DNA from: Ramazzottius varieornatus
Taxonomy: Eukaryota; Animalia; Tardigrada
Assembly (NCBI GenBank): GCA_001949185.1
Contig: BDGG01000002.1
Location: forward strand, 3,655,826 to 3,719,825
Length of the DNA: 64,000 bases
Reading direction: 5' to 3'
Shown here: in pieces, positions 51,437 through 64,000 of the stretch
Numbering within the stretch: position 1 is the stretch's first letter
How the letters are laid out: the number at the start of each line of letters is the position of its first letter
Notes under the pieces: generated by a model
What the model was told of the DNA's origin: nothing
What the model saw: only the letters and a program-made list of their open reading frames with translations
Database searches by the model: none
Translations under genes and position numbers: made by a program

Positions 51437-54400
51437 ATGGGAGACAGCGTAGACGATGATTTCGAAGCTGACGGCATCGCGGTGGATTTTGCTGGCCCAG
51501 GAGAGAATGACGTGGATGGAACAGACTCGGTCCAAGAAGCCCCGCTGGCGATGGACGACGATGAAGGAAGAGTGATCGACAGCGTCGGACCAGCGGACGA
51601 CCTGGAAGAGTTCAACCAGATGGAGACTGATGGCGGCGAAGCTGAGGGAGAGGAAGGAATCAAGGTCGATGATGCCATGGAGGATAACGAGAATCAGGCC
51701 GTTTCTGCTACGAATTGTGGCTCTGCTGAGGTACGTGAACGTGGAAAAACTTGGCAATCCATTTTGCGGATTTCTGCATCGGATAATGGTGTGAAAGAAC
51801 TGGAAATATGCATGGAGTAGAGTCAGTAAACAAACGGAACTAATTCCGTAGAGAGGTTATGCTTGATTGACACGTCTGTTGGATCGTTGATTGACTCGTG
51901 TCGAATGTTCGATTTTGAAGGCTTCTTCGCATGATATGGACGCCCCTGCTCAAATTGAGAATGCTGGCGATGATGACGGAGACTACTTGGAAATCATGGT
52001 ATCGGAGAAGGATTTCGATGATGTGGGAGAGATCGAAGGAGAAGCTGTCAGCCGCAGCGACTCGGGTAAGCTTGGTCTTTAGTCGTTGGAAGGATCGATT
52101 CCGGCTCCGTTAGGGTGCTTAGGGGATAAGTGACGACAGTAGGGCATAAGTCAGGTTAGCATTTCTGTCGGGAATCATTCCTCTCCTCTTGTGGTGGAGT
52201 TTGAGGACTGGGAGTTCAGCTGCGGAGTCGAAAAGGCGGTTCGACGGGAAATCCTTCACAAGCGTTGTTGCGGACGCGGACTTTGTGGACTTGCAGCGGT
52301 CGATCGTCTCCCAGCGAGACATGAACTTTGAACAGCCAAAAGGTTGACCGTTTTCCACTACGCATGAGTGAGACCAGCAATGGGATAAAGACGACCTCGA
52401 ATATAGCCCGAAGCAGGAGTGGATGTTCGCCAGAAGGTATCAGTTTCTTCGCTTCGATATTTGTGCAGTTTGGACAGTGCACTCCTGTCGTAGAGGTCTT
52501 CGGGTGCTGATCGCGTGGAGCAACAGGGTTCCGCGTCTGGGCTGCCAACAAGTCTACGACAGTGGTGCTTCTTGTATGAAGTTGGGGGATTCTGATCTAC
52601 CCGCCAGTCAGATGAAGTTGCTCTCGGTCCGCGAGAGTGAGTGCCTCCACCAGGGCAGTGGTTTAACAGACAAGCAGTCGCAGTAGTTTGACAAGGCAAT
52701 ATAAAACAGTTTGACAGATCCAGTTGAGAATTGGAATTTGATCGTTTCACGAATCGCCGAGCAACTTTCGGGAAGCTACGACAGTCTGTCGATCAGGAAC
52801 AACTGCGCGCTCAGTATTCCTCCTCTCACCTTTCTTGTTGATAACCAACTCATGTAATATTTACCACAGACTTTGGCACCGCTAAGAAGGCTTCCGAGCC
52901 ACCGACAAACAACAGCAAGGATACGAAAACACCGTCGTCGACGTCCAAATCAGCAAAGGAAGACAAGGATCAGTCTGCTTCAAAGGAGAAGAAGTCCAGC
53001 CGGAAAAGCTCACCCGCCGAATCGTCCAGCTCTCGTCGTAAATCGGAACGCATCAAACAGCGCGATGAACAATCCTCCAACGCCAAGGACGCAACGGAGG
53101 AAGAATTTACTACGAAGAATGTTTCGAAGACCGAGGACGTACAGCAGGAGAACCAGCCGGAAGTGGCACCAGCCGGAACAGCCGATGTCAAGGACGATCA
53201 GGATATGAAGAAGGAGGACGATGCGAAGACAGCTGGGGTGGAGACGAAATTCGAAGAAAAGGAAGAAGCCAAGACTGATCAGCAAAAACAACAGCCAAAA
53301 GCTCAGAGGTAACGTGAAAAGTTGAAACAGAAAGAGGAAGTACCGGTTGTGTCAGGAGAATCGTAGCAACTTCGGCCTGCTAATGTCTGCTGAGACACGC
53401 ACCTCCTAGTTTTCTCTGCTCGTTGTACAAGCATCAACTGTAATCAAGGTTTCAGTGAATGTCAAGCTCGATTGGAATTCCTCGAGAAGAAGAAGGAGCA
53501 GGAGGACCGAACATTCGAAGTTTACCGGAATGAAGAAAGAAGAAGCACTTGGACGGTCGGAACGGATCGAAGGAAGACATTATCTAAATCTTTTTTTACT
53601 TTAAGTCTTGTGAAGTCTTGGTGTGTGTTACTTGTTGGTCAAATAGGGGATCAGAAAGGTTATAGTACCGGAAAGTGTGACATGTCTCGTTTTGCAGCCC
53701 GGAAATTGAACCACCTGCGTCCGTCTCTCCACCCAAACCGATCATCACAGGTATGCTCATTCTGTTACTTTTCGTGGTTAAACTGCCTTTTTACGCATCA
53801 GCATTAGTGCTCTTAGATTCGGAATCCGCGGATTGGTACGTGAGCATCCGCAACTTGGCCGCCAAGACCACGGCGAATGACTTGAAAGAGAAGCTGGCGG
53901 TAGTCGCTCCGGTGAGTGCTGTTTACTTTCGTTTCAGTTTCTGAAGGAAAATGACTGGCAAAGTGGGCCTTCTTCCTGTCCCATAGGTTTTGAGCTGTAC
54001 CATCTTCCTGCGCAAGGAAGATCAGCGATATGCCATGGTGCGCTTCAAGAACGCCGACGAATGCAACTTGTGCGTGGAGAAGTTCAACGGCACGGAGTTG
54101 GATGGCAACACGATCACCGTTATTGTGGTAAAATACTGATACTAGCAAATGTTTTTTCGATCATTCCACAGTCTTGTAAAGTTATCGGCTAGCCCTAACG
54201 GCTTATTCTGAAAGAAAACTTTTTGTCCTCATTGCAGTCCCCAAAACGGAAGCTACTAGCAGCTACAGCCGTCTCTGAACCTGGTACTCCGCAAAGTGCT
54301 ATCCAGAAAAATGGGAAAGATGTCCAGAACGCTGGCAAACCGAGCAAGTCGAGTAAGAAACAATTTCAAATGATCGTAAAGAATAACACTGAGTTCGGCA

Positions 54401-56206
54401 TACGAACTCGACAAGATACGTTCTCTAAGTGGCGTACGTTTTCATTGAAATGGTGGAAAGAGTGCGCTGCTTGCATACACGGTCTTTGAGTGGAATTATT
54501 TTTGTCGTTACTTCTCGGAGAAACAGAAAGACGGACTGATGGATTTCGACGTGGCTGTTGATGGTTTTATGGAATCACAAGCGATATTATTCTCTTCCAG
54601 ACGCCGTCGAAAATAATCGGCCACAAAACCAGCAACAACAGCAGCGTCCAAACAGAAGCCAGAACCAAAGGCCGAACCAAAACCAGAACCCGAACCGCGG
54701 CTTCCGACCTCGTTCTCCCATTCGACCACCCAACCGATCTCCCGACCGTAACGGGCGTCGAGTTCTTCATCGTGGACCTTCCCCTCACCGTCATGCGGGA
54801 CCGGGACTGTTGCAAAGAGTAAGCTGATGTTCTGTACTGTAACTGGTAGTGCGGCTAGTACTTCAAGTGTTGATACGATCAACTGTTTTCTTTCGCAGCC
54901 CTTCCAGATGAGTCCGGAAACTGACCGTCGTCGTCAAGAGTTTGAAGAGCGGCGTCGAGTGATGGAGTGGAAGCGCAGAGAACAGGACCGTATGCGTCGC
55001 GAGGAAGACCTTATGAGGAAAAAGGCCGAGGTGGAAACTCTGCGCTTGGAGAAGGAAAGGGAACGACTGAAGTAAGAATCACTCCCCAAGTTTCATTTGA
55101 ATCGTTCAGGGATTCGTTTGCAATTTTGGACTGAAGCGCTGAAGAAAGCTTTTGTTTTTTGATTTGGAATTTTGTAATTTTAGATTGGAGCGCGAGAAAC
55201 TGGAATCTGAGCGTATCCAGTTGGAACGACAGAAGCATCGCGATCGCGAACAGTTGGAACGGGAGAAACGGCGACGCGAAGACGATGAACGACGTCAACG
55301 GTGAGCGAGATTTCGTTGCAGCTCAGATGGAATTGCATTGATTACTTTTGTGATGGATCTGTAGGCAAGAGAAGGAGAAGCAACGAGAGCGCGAACGGGA
55401 GAAGGAGCGTGAACGGGAGCGGGAGAAAGCGCGCGAACGAGAGCGAGAAAGGGCTGCTACACGGCTGAAAGAAGTCCAGAGGTCCACTCGAGACAGTGGT
55501 CGCGATGACCGCGATACTAAGAAGCGTCGCTCGGCTGAGCCTTCCAGCTACCGCAGCGGTGGAATTTCTAGCCGAGATGATCGACGAGGGGACGACCGCC
55601 GGTGAGTAAGATCAACTACGAAATTTATCTCAAGGTGTGTATTCGTGGCTTGATCGAATTTGGACTTTTAGGCCGCTAGAGAAGTTGATCGTGCGCACGG
55701 ACAGTTACCAGCGTCGGCACGTCTCTCCACCTCCTCCACCGCGTCGTGGACCTTCTCCACCCATCAAGAGCTCCGGTGGTCGTTCAGAAGCGAACGATCG
55801 CTTTGCCGCCGCTCGAGGTGGCCTGTCTAGTCGGGACTTTGACGATCGGGATCGCCGAGATGGGCCTCGCTTTAATGGTCACGGCGATTCATTCCGAAGC
55901 GGGGAAAGAGTGGCTCCTGTCGAGTTTGGACGACGAGACGGTGGTCGAGGTATGTTTGTAACATGTGTTTGCTCTCTACCAACCGAAAGCTGATTTTGTA
56001 ACGTCTTCCGCTTTGTAGAGTTTGGCTTCAGCGCTCCAAGTTCAGGTAGCTTCGGTATCGGGTCTTCGGGACCTGTGCCGCCTTCTTCAGCGCCCTACAC
56101 TCCCTCGTACGGCGCGGGTAACGGGGTGAATCCACCAGTCTTCTTGGATCGAGGATATGGCAGCAGCAACCTAAATGCTGGTGCTGGTTACCGTGGTCGC
56201 TATTAA
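51437..56206 (+). CDS. SAFB/SLTM-like RNA-binding protein (acidic N-terminus, RRM, Glu/Arg coiled coil, RG-rich tail), multi-exon
   Basis: RRM VSIRNLAAKTTANDLKEKL...RYAMVRFKNADECNLCVEKFNGTELDGNTITV, then RLEKERERLK|LEREKLESERIQLERQ, ending GYRGRY*. This order matches scaffold attachment factor B, but no SAP domain was seen. Confidence 0.72.
54414..54487. repeat. Hairpin family copy (diverged), SAFB-like intron
   Basis: agatacgttctctAAGTGGCGTAC...GTGCGCTGCTTgcatacacggtctt. Confidence 0.65.
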
Positions 56207-56866
56207 GAGCATATCTTCTTGTATTTCTTTTTTATGTTAACCAAATATGTAAGGTGCTGCCCGTTTTCGTGCGAAAACAGACTTGGCTGTTTACTTTGTT
56301 GGTATAGTCAAGCACAAGGAATCGCTTCATGCTGTTCGTTTTTCCTTGTTTTCTCTTTGAGCTGAAAACGGCCTTTCTTTCTACTCACTTCTTTCTGCAG
56401 CATGCACTTTCTTTGCAATTATAGCTTGTTTCCTTTTCGTCAGTTTATTTTAAAGTTAATGTTTACGGACATAGTCTAATTGTGCGGCGCGATACACGAA
56501 GAAATTCGAGAAGTGCCAATTTTAGAGGGTGGGTAACTTGAGTGCGAGTACGAGCTTCATGTGGTACTTTATACTTTACTCGACCAAGAAAGTAATCAAC
56601 AAATAAGCGAGGAAGGAAAATTTATTTGTCTGTGAATATTAATTTTTTAGTGTGAAGGAATTCCAGTTTCCGACGGGCCTTCTTTTCACTCTCCATCTCG
56701 TTCACGTCGCCATCTTTGCGTTGTCACCTTTCCCCCATATTTCCGAGTCATAGAGGTCCCGAACCCAACTCTCGCCCATGCACGATAGCAACGACAACAT
56801 CTCTAACTAGCTGTTAATCTTTGATCTGTCTTTCAAGCGTTTCTCCATCGTCCAGGGAGTCCTGTC

Positions 56867-59800
56867 ATGAATCCCTCATTTGTATCGCCTGCTAACAGCC
56901 CAGCGCCTTCTAGTCCCTACCAAGACTATCTCGACGAGCTGGTACCATCGTCTGGTCGAGGTGATTTCGCGGATCTGATGGTGGCAGTGGACGGTGTTAT
57001 AGCAGCTACTGTCAGGTCGCACCCTTCGTCTGTACGAGATCCGTCGAGCCTCCCCTACAGCCTGCCGGCTTACCAGGCCATGCAAGCAGCTGCTCGTGAC
57101 CTGTCCAATCATTCAGACCTTACAGCAGCAGCCTTTGAGGGATCGCCTCTGGATAATTCATCGACTTCCGCTGGACGACCTTTGGATACGTTTGAGGGTC
57201 CTGCTGGTCGCTCATCGTCGCCTGAGCCTCTTTCTGAACGTAAGTTCGCCCTGTTGTGTTCATTTTTTTGCTTCTGAAGGACCGTGGGATCAGGTTGGGG
57301 CTGCTCTCGTGGCTTTTTTGGAGAAAGGGAAGCGAGTTATCCGCGGTTAGAAGTGGATGATTTCATTCCAGACGTCAGGAATTGATCACGTAATCGCCTT
57401 TTGTGCTAGTCAGAGCCGTGCTCAGTATTCCGGTCTGTGTTGAAGCCACCGTGCATTACTCATTCAGTTACTGCATACACACGGTACCACGTGGTATCAG
57501 TACCGTGCCGATGGAGAAATGTAACGTGGATTGTGACGTAATAGCGGAATACCATGTCAATCAACGCTGCTTGGTTTGGTTAATCACAATCAACCCTCTT
57601 CCGAGTAATACGAGCACCGATAAGGAACTTAACGACAGAAAAGTTCTCGTCCTTCACGAGAAAAACCTAAACCACTCCATCGACGTCTAGAAGATGAGGT
57701 GCTTCCCACTCATCGTTGTTCCCTTTTGCAGTATAGTGTAGCTCGAAGGAAGTAGATGGACTCCAAGAAACGAACCAGGAAGAATGGTTTTTCCATTTCT
57801 GCAATTTTTGATCACTTTTGTCGAGCAAGCTGGGTGCATTGCACACCGACATCCCGTCGAACAACCTTGGGAGATAATTTTCTGAGCGACACGCGGCACT
57901 AATCGTGGCAGGCATAATGATGGATAGTGTTAGTCCTTTCTTGCCCCCTTGCTCGCTGTTTATGGCGACAAAGATAAGCACCGTGTGGTGTAGTTGCTGA
58001 TTAGGCGCCTTCATCGGCAATCTGATGGCAAGCACCAAGTTTATCTTCTGAGATGGCAGCACGAACTCTCAACTTCCTCGCAGCCATTAGCTCAGTTCCT
58101 TTTCTGTGTCTTGCAGTGTTCAGTCCCGCAACGCCACCGGAAGGCTCGAGTCAGCAGCAGCAACAGCAGACTCCTCCAGACTACGCCGCTAACCACCTGG
58201 CACGCTTCGCGCGCATTCATTCCTTCATGGAAGCTCGTCGAAGGGAGTCAGAATCCTCCGCAGCAACAGCTGGTACGCGCGGTTCAAGGGGGCAGTCCCC
58301 GGCAAGACTTTCCACGGCTTCGCCGATACGAAGTCAGCTGGGTATCGTTCCCGCAGAACTCGACAGCGTTCCTCCCAATGTCAACCCTTTCATGGGTCTG
58401 AATCGAGGACAGTCCCGTCCGAGCGTTATCCGCAGGTCCCCACCACAAAGCTCAGGTAACCATCGAGCTCCCAAATTTTTTGCTGACCCGTCCCTGAAAT
58501 GGTTAATGCTGTCATGCTTTGCCTTGTTGAACGCCATGCACAGAGCATGTTTTCTGAGGTAGATTTTGGACCGGGTGTCAGTACTGAATTTCTTGCAGGA
58601 AGTGCCATGCCGTCTGTCGAACCTGGCCAGCGTCAACCTTCCGGCGTACCTCCTCGAAGAGACCGAGAAGTTGTCGACTGGGAGGATGGGACTGTGGATT
58701 TGTTGGGTCGTCAAGAAGGCTTACAGCGTCGACTGATTGCCATGCAGCGGGATCAGCAGGCACGTAACCGCTCGCAGATGGCTATTGAAGAATACTTGCG
58801 TAATATGCGCAGTGGCCAACGTGTACAGGCTTTCCCACCGTACCAACCACCGTACTCCACCACGCGCCAGACCAGCGACGGAGTAACCTACGTGTCGCAG
58901 AACCCCGTCTACGTCTCGCACTTGGAGTATCCTCCGGCCCCGGTGACCAACAGCCCGGCTTCGTCTTCACCGGCGCAGCCATCAAGTGAAGCTGGACCTT
59001 CGCGGTCGCTGTCGACGCGGATGAGTTCGAGCTCACCCTTAGTCAGCGTTCTCCATAGTAAGCTCTGGAATTTCACAAATATCAACAGCACGGTCACTCG
59101 TTTACGGTAGAGTCATTCTGGGCTTTCTTTTGCAGCGAACCCGGGTCAAGTTCTCTCCGTAGACCGAACCCTTCCGATGCATCGCCGTAGGTTTCCACGT
59201 CTTAACGAATAATTTCGGGGTCTCATCGCTGTAATTTAACTGTCGAATCGAAGCTTGAAAATAGATTCACGGATCTGTCGGTTCGAAGTTTCGTTCGAGC
59301 CGATATTATGAGACAAGTTGGTTTGAGTCGATGCGTATTTCTCTTGTAGGTGTTCGACAGACCATACCGAATTTGGGTCCGCAACATACGGCTTACACCC
59401 CGTCGGCTGAAGTGTACGCAGACCGGGCCGTAGCCGTTGCAGCATCCCCATTGACTTCCAGCGAGCCAATGGAAGTTGAGGGTTCGCTGTATGAAGTCGG
59501 TATTCGCCTCACTCACCAGGCCAGCCAACAAAACCAGGCACAAGGCACCCAAACAGACCGCATGCCCAGATTCCGTCGCATTTTGCATCCCGTAGGATCC
59601 TCTTCCGGTTAGTAACCCACTTTGCTCCTTGAAACAGACTTTCTTAGTCACTGGAGACATTCCGAATTTGGGCTAATTTGTGCTTTTGGTGTATACCGGA
59701 CGTCGGCGAATAAACTGAACACGATTGTGATATCAAGTAGCGTGCGTTTTCATTGTTACTGGCTGAAAGGTTGCGCCACCTGGGGAGACCATCTGGTTCA

Positions 59801-61610
59801 AACCATTGGTATCTTGGATGAGGTTTAGAAATCGTTGCTTCTTTTGATTGGGTTGACGAAAGGTTTCTGCTTGTAGTTCTAACGGAAGAAGAGACCCGGC
59901 TCAGTGCTGCGGAGCGCATTTCGCGCCGGCGAAGTGAACGAGTAGCCAGCACGCCGTACGATCGTCTCAGCGCATACACGCAGACCTTCACCGACCGAGG
60001 TTCTATCCAGCAGGCCCAGCCTCTCAGCCATCATGTGGAGACCATTACACCGTTCATGGCTGGCATTCCGGACTACGGAACACTCCGGGAACCTTCCAGC
60101 AACACCTGGCGCCAAGAACGGGAAACTCGAATGCAGGCCGACATGCAGCAGCGCATCAATGCGGAAATGCATGTGAGAGAACGCGTGCGAGCCGCGGTTG
60201 AAGCTCGTGAGTTTCCTCGAAGCACTTCGCATGTTACCGGTAAGTCTCCTTCTCAAGGTTAGAGCCTGGCGAACAAACTCGACCAGATCGTTTTACAAAG
60301 TGGCGCACGCTTCCGGTATTATTAGCTGGCAGAGTGCGCTACCTGGGATATCTCAACAGGATTATTTTTCCAAGTGCGCACTTTGCCGGTTAATAACACC
60401 GGAGACCTGCGCCACCTGCGAAAACGATTCTGTGGAGTCGGCTTGCCGAGCTCTCAGATGCTCTTGCAGTTCTTTGGTTGACGTTTATGGGTGTTGTTTA
60501 GTTGCAGGAGAGCGTCTTTCAGTGGACCAGCAGATTCCCACGCGGCATACGGGTGTCAGTCGGGACCTCAATCCCTACTACCAGCAGATTCGGAACGACC
60601 AGGAGGGTAACGCCGAACGTCGGCGGAGACTGTACTACATCCCGCAGAACCCGGCGGTACCTCCGAGTGTGGGTGTCCACTACCACCGTCTTCCGGCGTC
60701 GTTACTGCACTTCATGGAGTCTGGCGCCATCTTTATGCACCATGACGGCGAACCCAAACTGGTAACCGAAACTTTTCACATCCTGCCGACAATTTCAAAC
60801 TGAAACGTCTACGTTTCAAAAATTGGATATCAGTTTCATCAGACCTTTTTTCATAAGCAGTTCAAAATGTGCTGCTACGATGAAACCATAAGATTTTCGT
60901 GCTGGAAGAGTTCATCAAACACGGACGAGTTTCAAAAGCCGGTTGTCGGTGAATTTTCTATGATCGTTTTAGACGCTTGTAGCGCTAAAAGCAGTGAAAA
61001 CGGTGCGTTAATTTTTCGAACTATTGCTAGAAGAAAAAGAATGGACCAGAAAAGGTGTGGTGGTTTTTGCGTGTCGCGAACAGGTTTCTTGCATAAAATA
61101 GCTGTTGCTTTTGTCTTTTGCAGATATTGGAGCAAGACGTGATTTCTGCCATTGCCGTCGACACGCAGTCTTTCAAGTTTGACAATCAGTTTGCCGCCAC
61201 GGAGGAATGCATCATTTGTTTCGATGAATTCGCCCTGCAACAGGAAGTTCGGTTCGTGCACTTTCAGACTTCCTTCTTTCCCTGTCCTTCCTTTCAGCAA
61301 GTCCGTCCGTCAAGCAGAATAATGAGGGCTAATGAGTTCTTTCTTTGGTTTCAGGGTCCTATCGTGCAACTCCACCCATCGATTCCACAAAGAATGCATC
61401 GACAAATGGCTGATCAAGAACAAACCCAACTGCCCCATTTGCCGACGCATTCTCCCCAGCCTTAATCAACCCAAAGAGCCCGTCGTCAACATGGAACAGG
61501 AAGCTGGTCCTTCCCATACACATGGCGGTCATAGTGTTAGACCTTCCAGCAGCACTGAAGCCAGCGAAGGCTTCCCATTGCTTCCTGATTTACTAGCTGA
61601 CTATGTCTAG
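56867..61610 (+). CDS. RING-H2 E3 ubiquitin ligase-like protein (long disordered N-terminus, C-terminal RING), multi-exon
   Basis: Spliced RING-H2 EECIICFDEFALQQEVR|VLSCNSTHRFHKECIDKWLIKNKPNCPICR. Upstream Ser/Pro/Gln-rich exons have GT-AG boundaries; their linkage to the RING exons is inferred. Confidence 0.8.
59720..59795. repeat. Hairpin family copy (diverged), RING-gene intron
   Basis: gattgtgatatcAAGTAGCGTGC...TTGCGCCACCTggggagaccatctgg. Confidence 0.6.
60284..60431. repeat. Hairpin family copy (tandem dimer), RING-gene intron
   Basis: agatcgttttacaAAGTGGCGCAC...gtgcgctacctggg, then ttccaagtgcgcac...ctGCGCCACCTgcgaaaacgattct. Confidence 0.78.
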
Positions 61611-62748
61611 GAATGAAAATACCCCTTGGCTTTCTTTCCCAATGAGTAAACCAGAGAAAAGCGCTCACTTTCTGTATAATTTTCTTCTTTCTCGCATACC
61701 TAAAATTAACTGCAGGGATAAACTATGAAATGTTTCCGTTCTTCCAGCTTACTTTTTTTGTAGGTAAATACTGTTGTCCTTGTTTCACCATGGTTTTACC
61801 TTTTCCATTTTAACGATTAAGAAAAACAAACAATGTGCGAGAATATTTCGGTTCTTTTTATTCTGTTACCTTTTGACTGTTGTTCCGTTTTTCGCGTTAC
61901 TAATAGCCTGTCAAATTGTGGAGTTGTTTGCTGTCGTACTTTGTACATTCTTCTGTGGATTTTGCTGTACCGAACAGATACCTGTGCAGTTTACTTTATA
62001 GTTGTACATTTGGATAAAATGTAAAAGATCACAAGGTCAGAGCTATCAGAGGAAGCAACACATTTTGGGTCCTCAGGTTTTACTGGCGCTGTCTGGACAG
62101 TACAGTATCAAAAATGGTTTGATGCAACGATCGATAACTAAACAAGGTATAGTACTCGATAACTAGTTACTGATGGATGCGCGGGGGAATCGATTCCATC
62201 TGGGAGGACCCTTGAAGCATTTTCGCGGACAAGTTGCGGTGAAGGCTAGTCAAGTACAGCGCACTTCCTTCACTCGCCGGCCTTTACAAAACGGAAAGGA
62301 CCAACACACACACCAGTCCCGACTCTGAAAGTGAAGTGACTCCATTAATTCTGGATTTATCACGTTCGGCTTGATGTGCCCATAGGCCCCAGTTGACATT
62401 TCGACAACAAGGAAGTACAGCCGGCCGAAGTAAGTCGACATTGTCACGCTTCCTCGTCTTTTCATCACGTGTCAAAGCGCGTGAACCAACGTACGTTGAG
62501 AATGGCGAAGAACCCAGCTGAAGCTTGGCGTGTACAAGCCAATCAAAGTCCAAGCTTTTGTCCCTTGACGGACAACGGTCTTCGACGTGGTAATCACTGA
62601 TTGGGGGCGTCTGGTTTCTAAACGGATATAACCTCCAGAAAGAAAGTAATGTGGAAGAGCTGAACGACGGGTCAGGGAGCACGTTTTCCATCAGCAAAGA
62701 GCTTTTCCAGCTGTATTCCTCCAGGCCATATGTCATCACTTAGATTGA

Positions 62749-63693
62749 CTACTGCATCTGGGAATGAAACCAGCTCTCCTCGGTGTTGTGCAGCCAATTG
62801 AAGATCATCAAGTTTCTCGAGTATTTGGACAGGGCCTTTCCTTGTTCCCGCTCGATATCGCCGTCGGTAAGGGTGCGCATCTTTTCCGGCTCCGGGAAGA
62901 CTTGAACACGTTTCTCCGGCCTTGGCGAAGCACTACCCGTGCTACTCCGATCCGAGTCAGCTATGGAAGGCTTCTTGCTCCTTCTTCTCCGTATCAGTTC
63001 ATTGAAGGAGAAGTTCAGGAATTTTCGCTTGATCCTCTGCCGTAACTTCGACCGCTTGACTTGCGCAGGTAGATTAGCCGCAGTAACGTCATCTTGCAAT
63101 AAGGCATTATTCACATCGTCAGGGTATGACACGACCGCTGAGATGCGCTCATGTGCGCCAGTTCGATCGTTAAAATTGATCGGCTCACCTTTATCGTCAA
63201 AGAACATGCTAATCTCATCATCGAAGTCCGAGTTGACCGACAAAGAAGGATCGGAGACGGCAGCCGGTCCTTCCCTCAGGGCATCGTCATGTTCCGGGCA
63301 TGTGGCGGTCCGAATGTCTGAGAAGCTGAAACAGCGAGTAATCTGGTGAGGCTTCACGAAAGCGTTCTGACCGGGTATGAGGAACTCTTGGTCCGCATGA
63401 CGAACAGGGATGTCGACGGAGACATTCAGTGACATCCGTTCAAAGTTTGTGTTAAGCGTTTCGCGGGACTTGGACAGTTGAGCCAGGCGTTTCCGTCGGT
63501 GAGCACCGTCAATTCCGCCAAGGTTGCTGGCCATGGACATGACGGAGAAATCACTGGCGATGGACTCGCGGCTGGGTGAACGAAAACCTCCGCGCATTCC
63601 GGGTGCTTGCAAATATTGTATCGGAAGTAAAGTATTTCCGTACCGAGGAGCCGTTGACTTTGGTGGAAGAGCTTCCATGTTTTTGGACGCCAT
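62749..63693 (-). CDS. Uncharacterised 314-aa protein, apparently single exon
   Basis: Long ATG-initiated ORF with protein-like composition (Ser-rich, acidic and basic patches) and a structured-looking C-terminal motif LSKYSRNLMIFNWL. Family not recognised. Confidence 0.7.
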   Translation of the reverse strand: MASKNMEALPPKSTAPRYGNTLLPIQYLQAPGMRGGFRSPSRESIASDFSVMSMASNLGGIDGAHRRKRLAQLSKSRETLNTNFERMSLNVSVDIPVRHADQEFLIPGQNAFVKPHQITRCFSFSDIRTATCPEHDDALREGPAAVSDPSLSVNSDFDDEISMFFDDKGEPINFNDRTGAHERISAVVSYPDDVNNALLQDDVTAANLPAQVKRSKLRQRIKRKFLNFSFNELIRRRRSKKPSIADSDRSSTGSASPRPEKRVQVFPEPEKMRTLTDGDIEREQGKALSKYSRNLMIFNWLHNTEESWFHSQMQ

Positions 63694-64000
63694 CGTATGT
63701 CAGTTATCCATACGGGCACCCGATCGATTATTCAATAAACTGTCAGAAATGTTACCGTCCTTTTGAATATTTAACTGTCGGATCCGTGCTGATGGTTACA
63801 ATTCTGGATAAGGAAGGTAAACTGGAGGAGGAGGACAGTGTAAGTATCTCACGCTGTATTGATCGGAATTGAATCTGCTCTAGACGATAATAATTCCAAA
63901 CGACGTTGGGATATTCATGGGAAACTTCGAAAGGAGTTGGACGGTAGGCGCATATTGATAAGAGTCAAATAGGGGGAACAATGGCAGTTTTGTTGAAATA

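Overview
Gene-dense eukaryotic (metazoan, invertebrate) genomic DNA with many short GT-AG introns. The compactness and gene content suggest a small-genome ecdysozoan such as a tardigrade, but that is inference only. Genes recognisable by manual splicing are: clathrin interactor 1/epsinR (-), an intracellular serpin (-), a cytosolic sulfotransferase (+), an A20/AN1 zinc-finger protein (-), ZO-1/polychaetoid (-), a MYCBP-like protein (-), a SAFB-like RRM protein (+), a RING-H2 protein (+) and an unknown 314-aa single-exon ORF (-). Three decayed SET-MYND (SMYD-like) paralogues and a cadherin-like exon pair are also present. Non-coding DNA holds many non-autonomous DNA transposons (TA-TSD Tc1/mariner-type and 8-bp-TSD hAT-type, one nested and one inserted in an exon). 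The two most notable observations are (1) a CARD-like exon about 8 kb upstream of PDZ1 that splices in frame into ZO-1, predicting a CARD-PDZ(x3)-SH3-GUK-ZU5 protein, and (2) a dispersed family of ~70-nt hairpins (AAGTGGCGCAC...GTGCGCCACTT core) at 10 or more loci, nearly all intronic, whose arms appear to co-vary. All exon models were read by eye and no searches were run.
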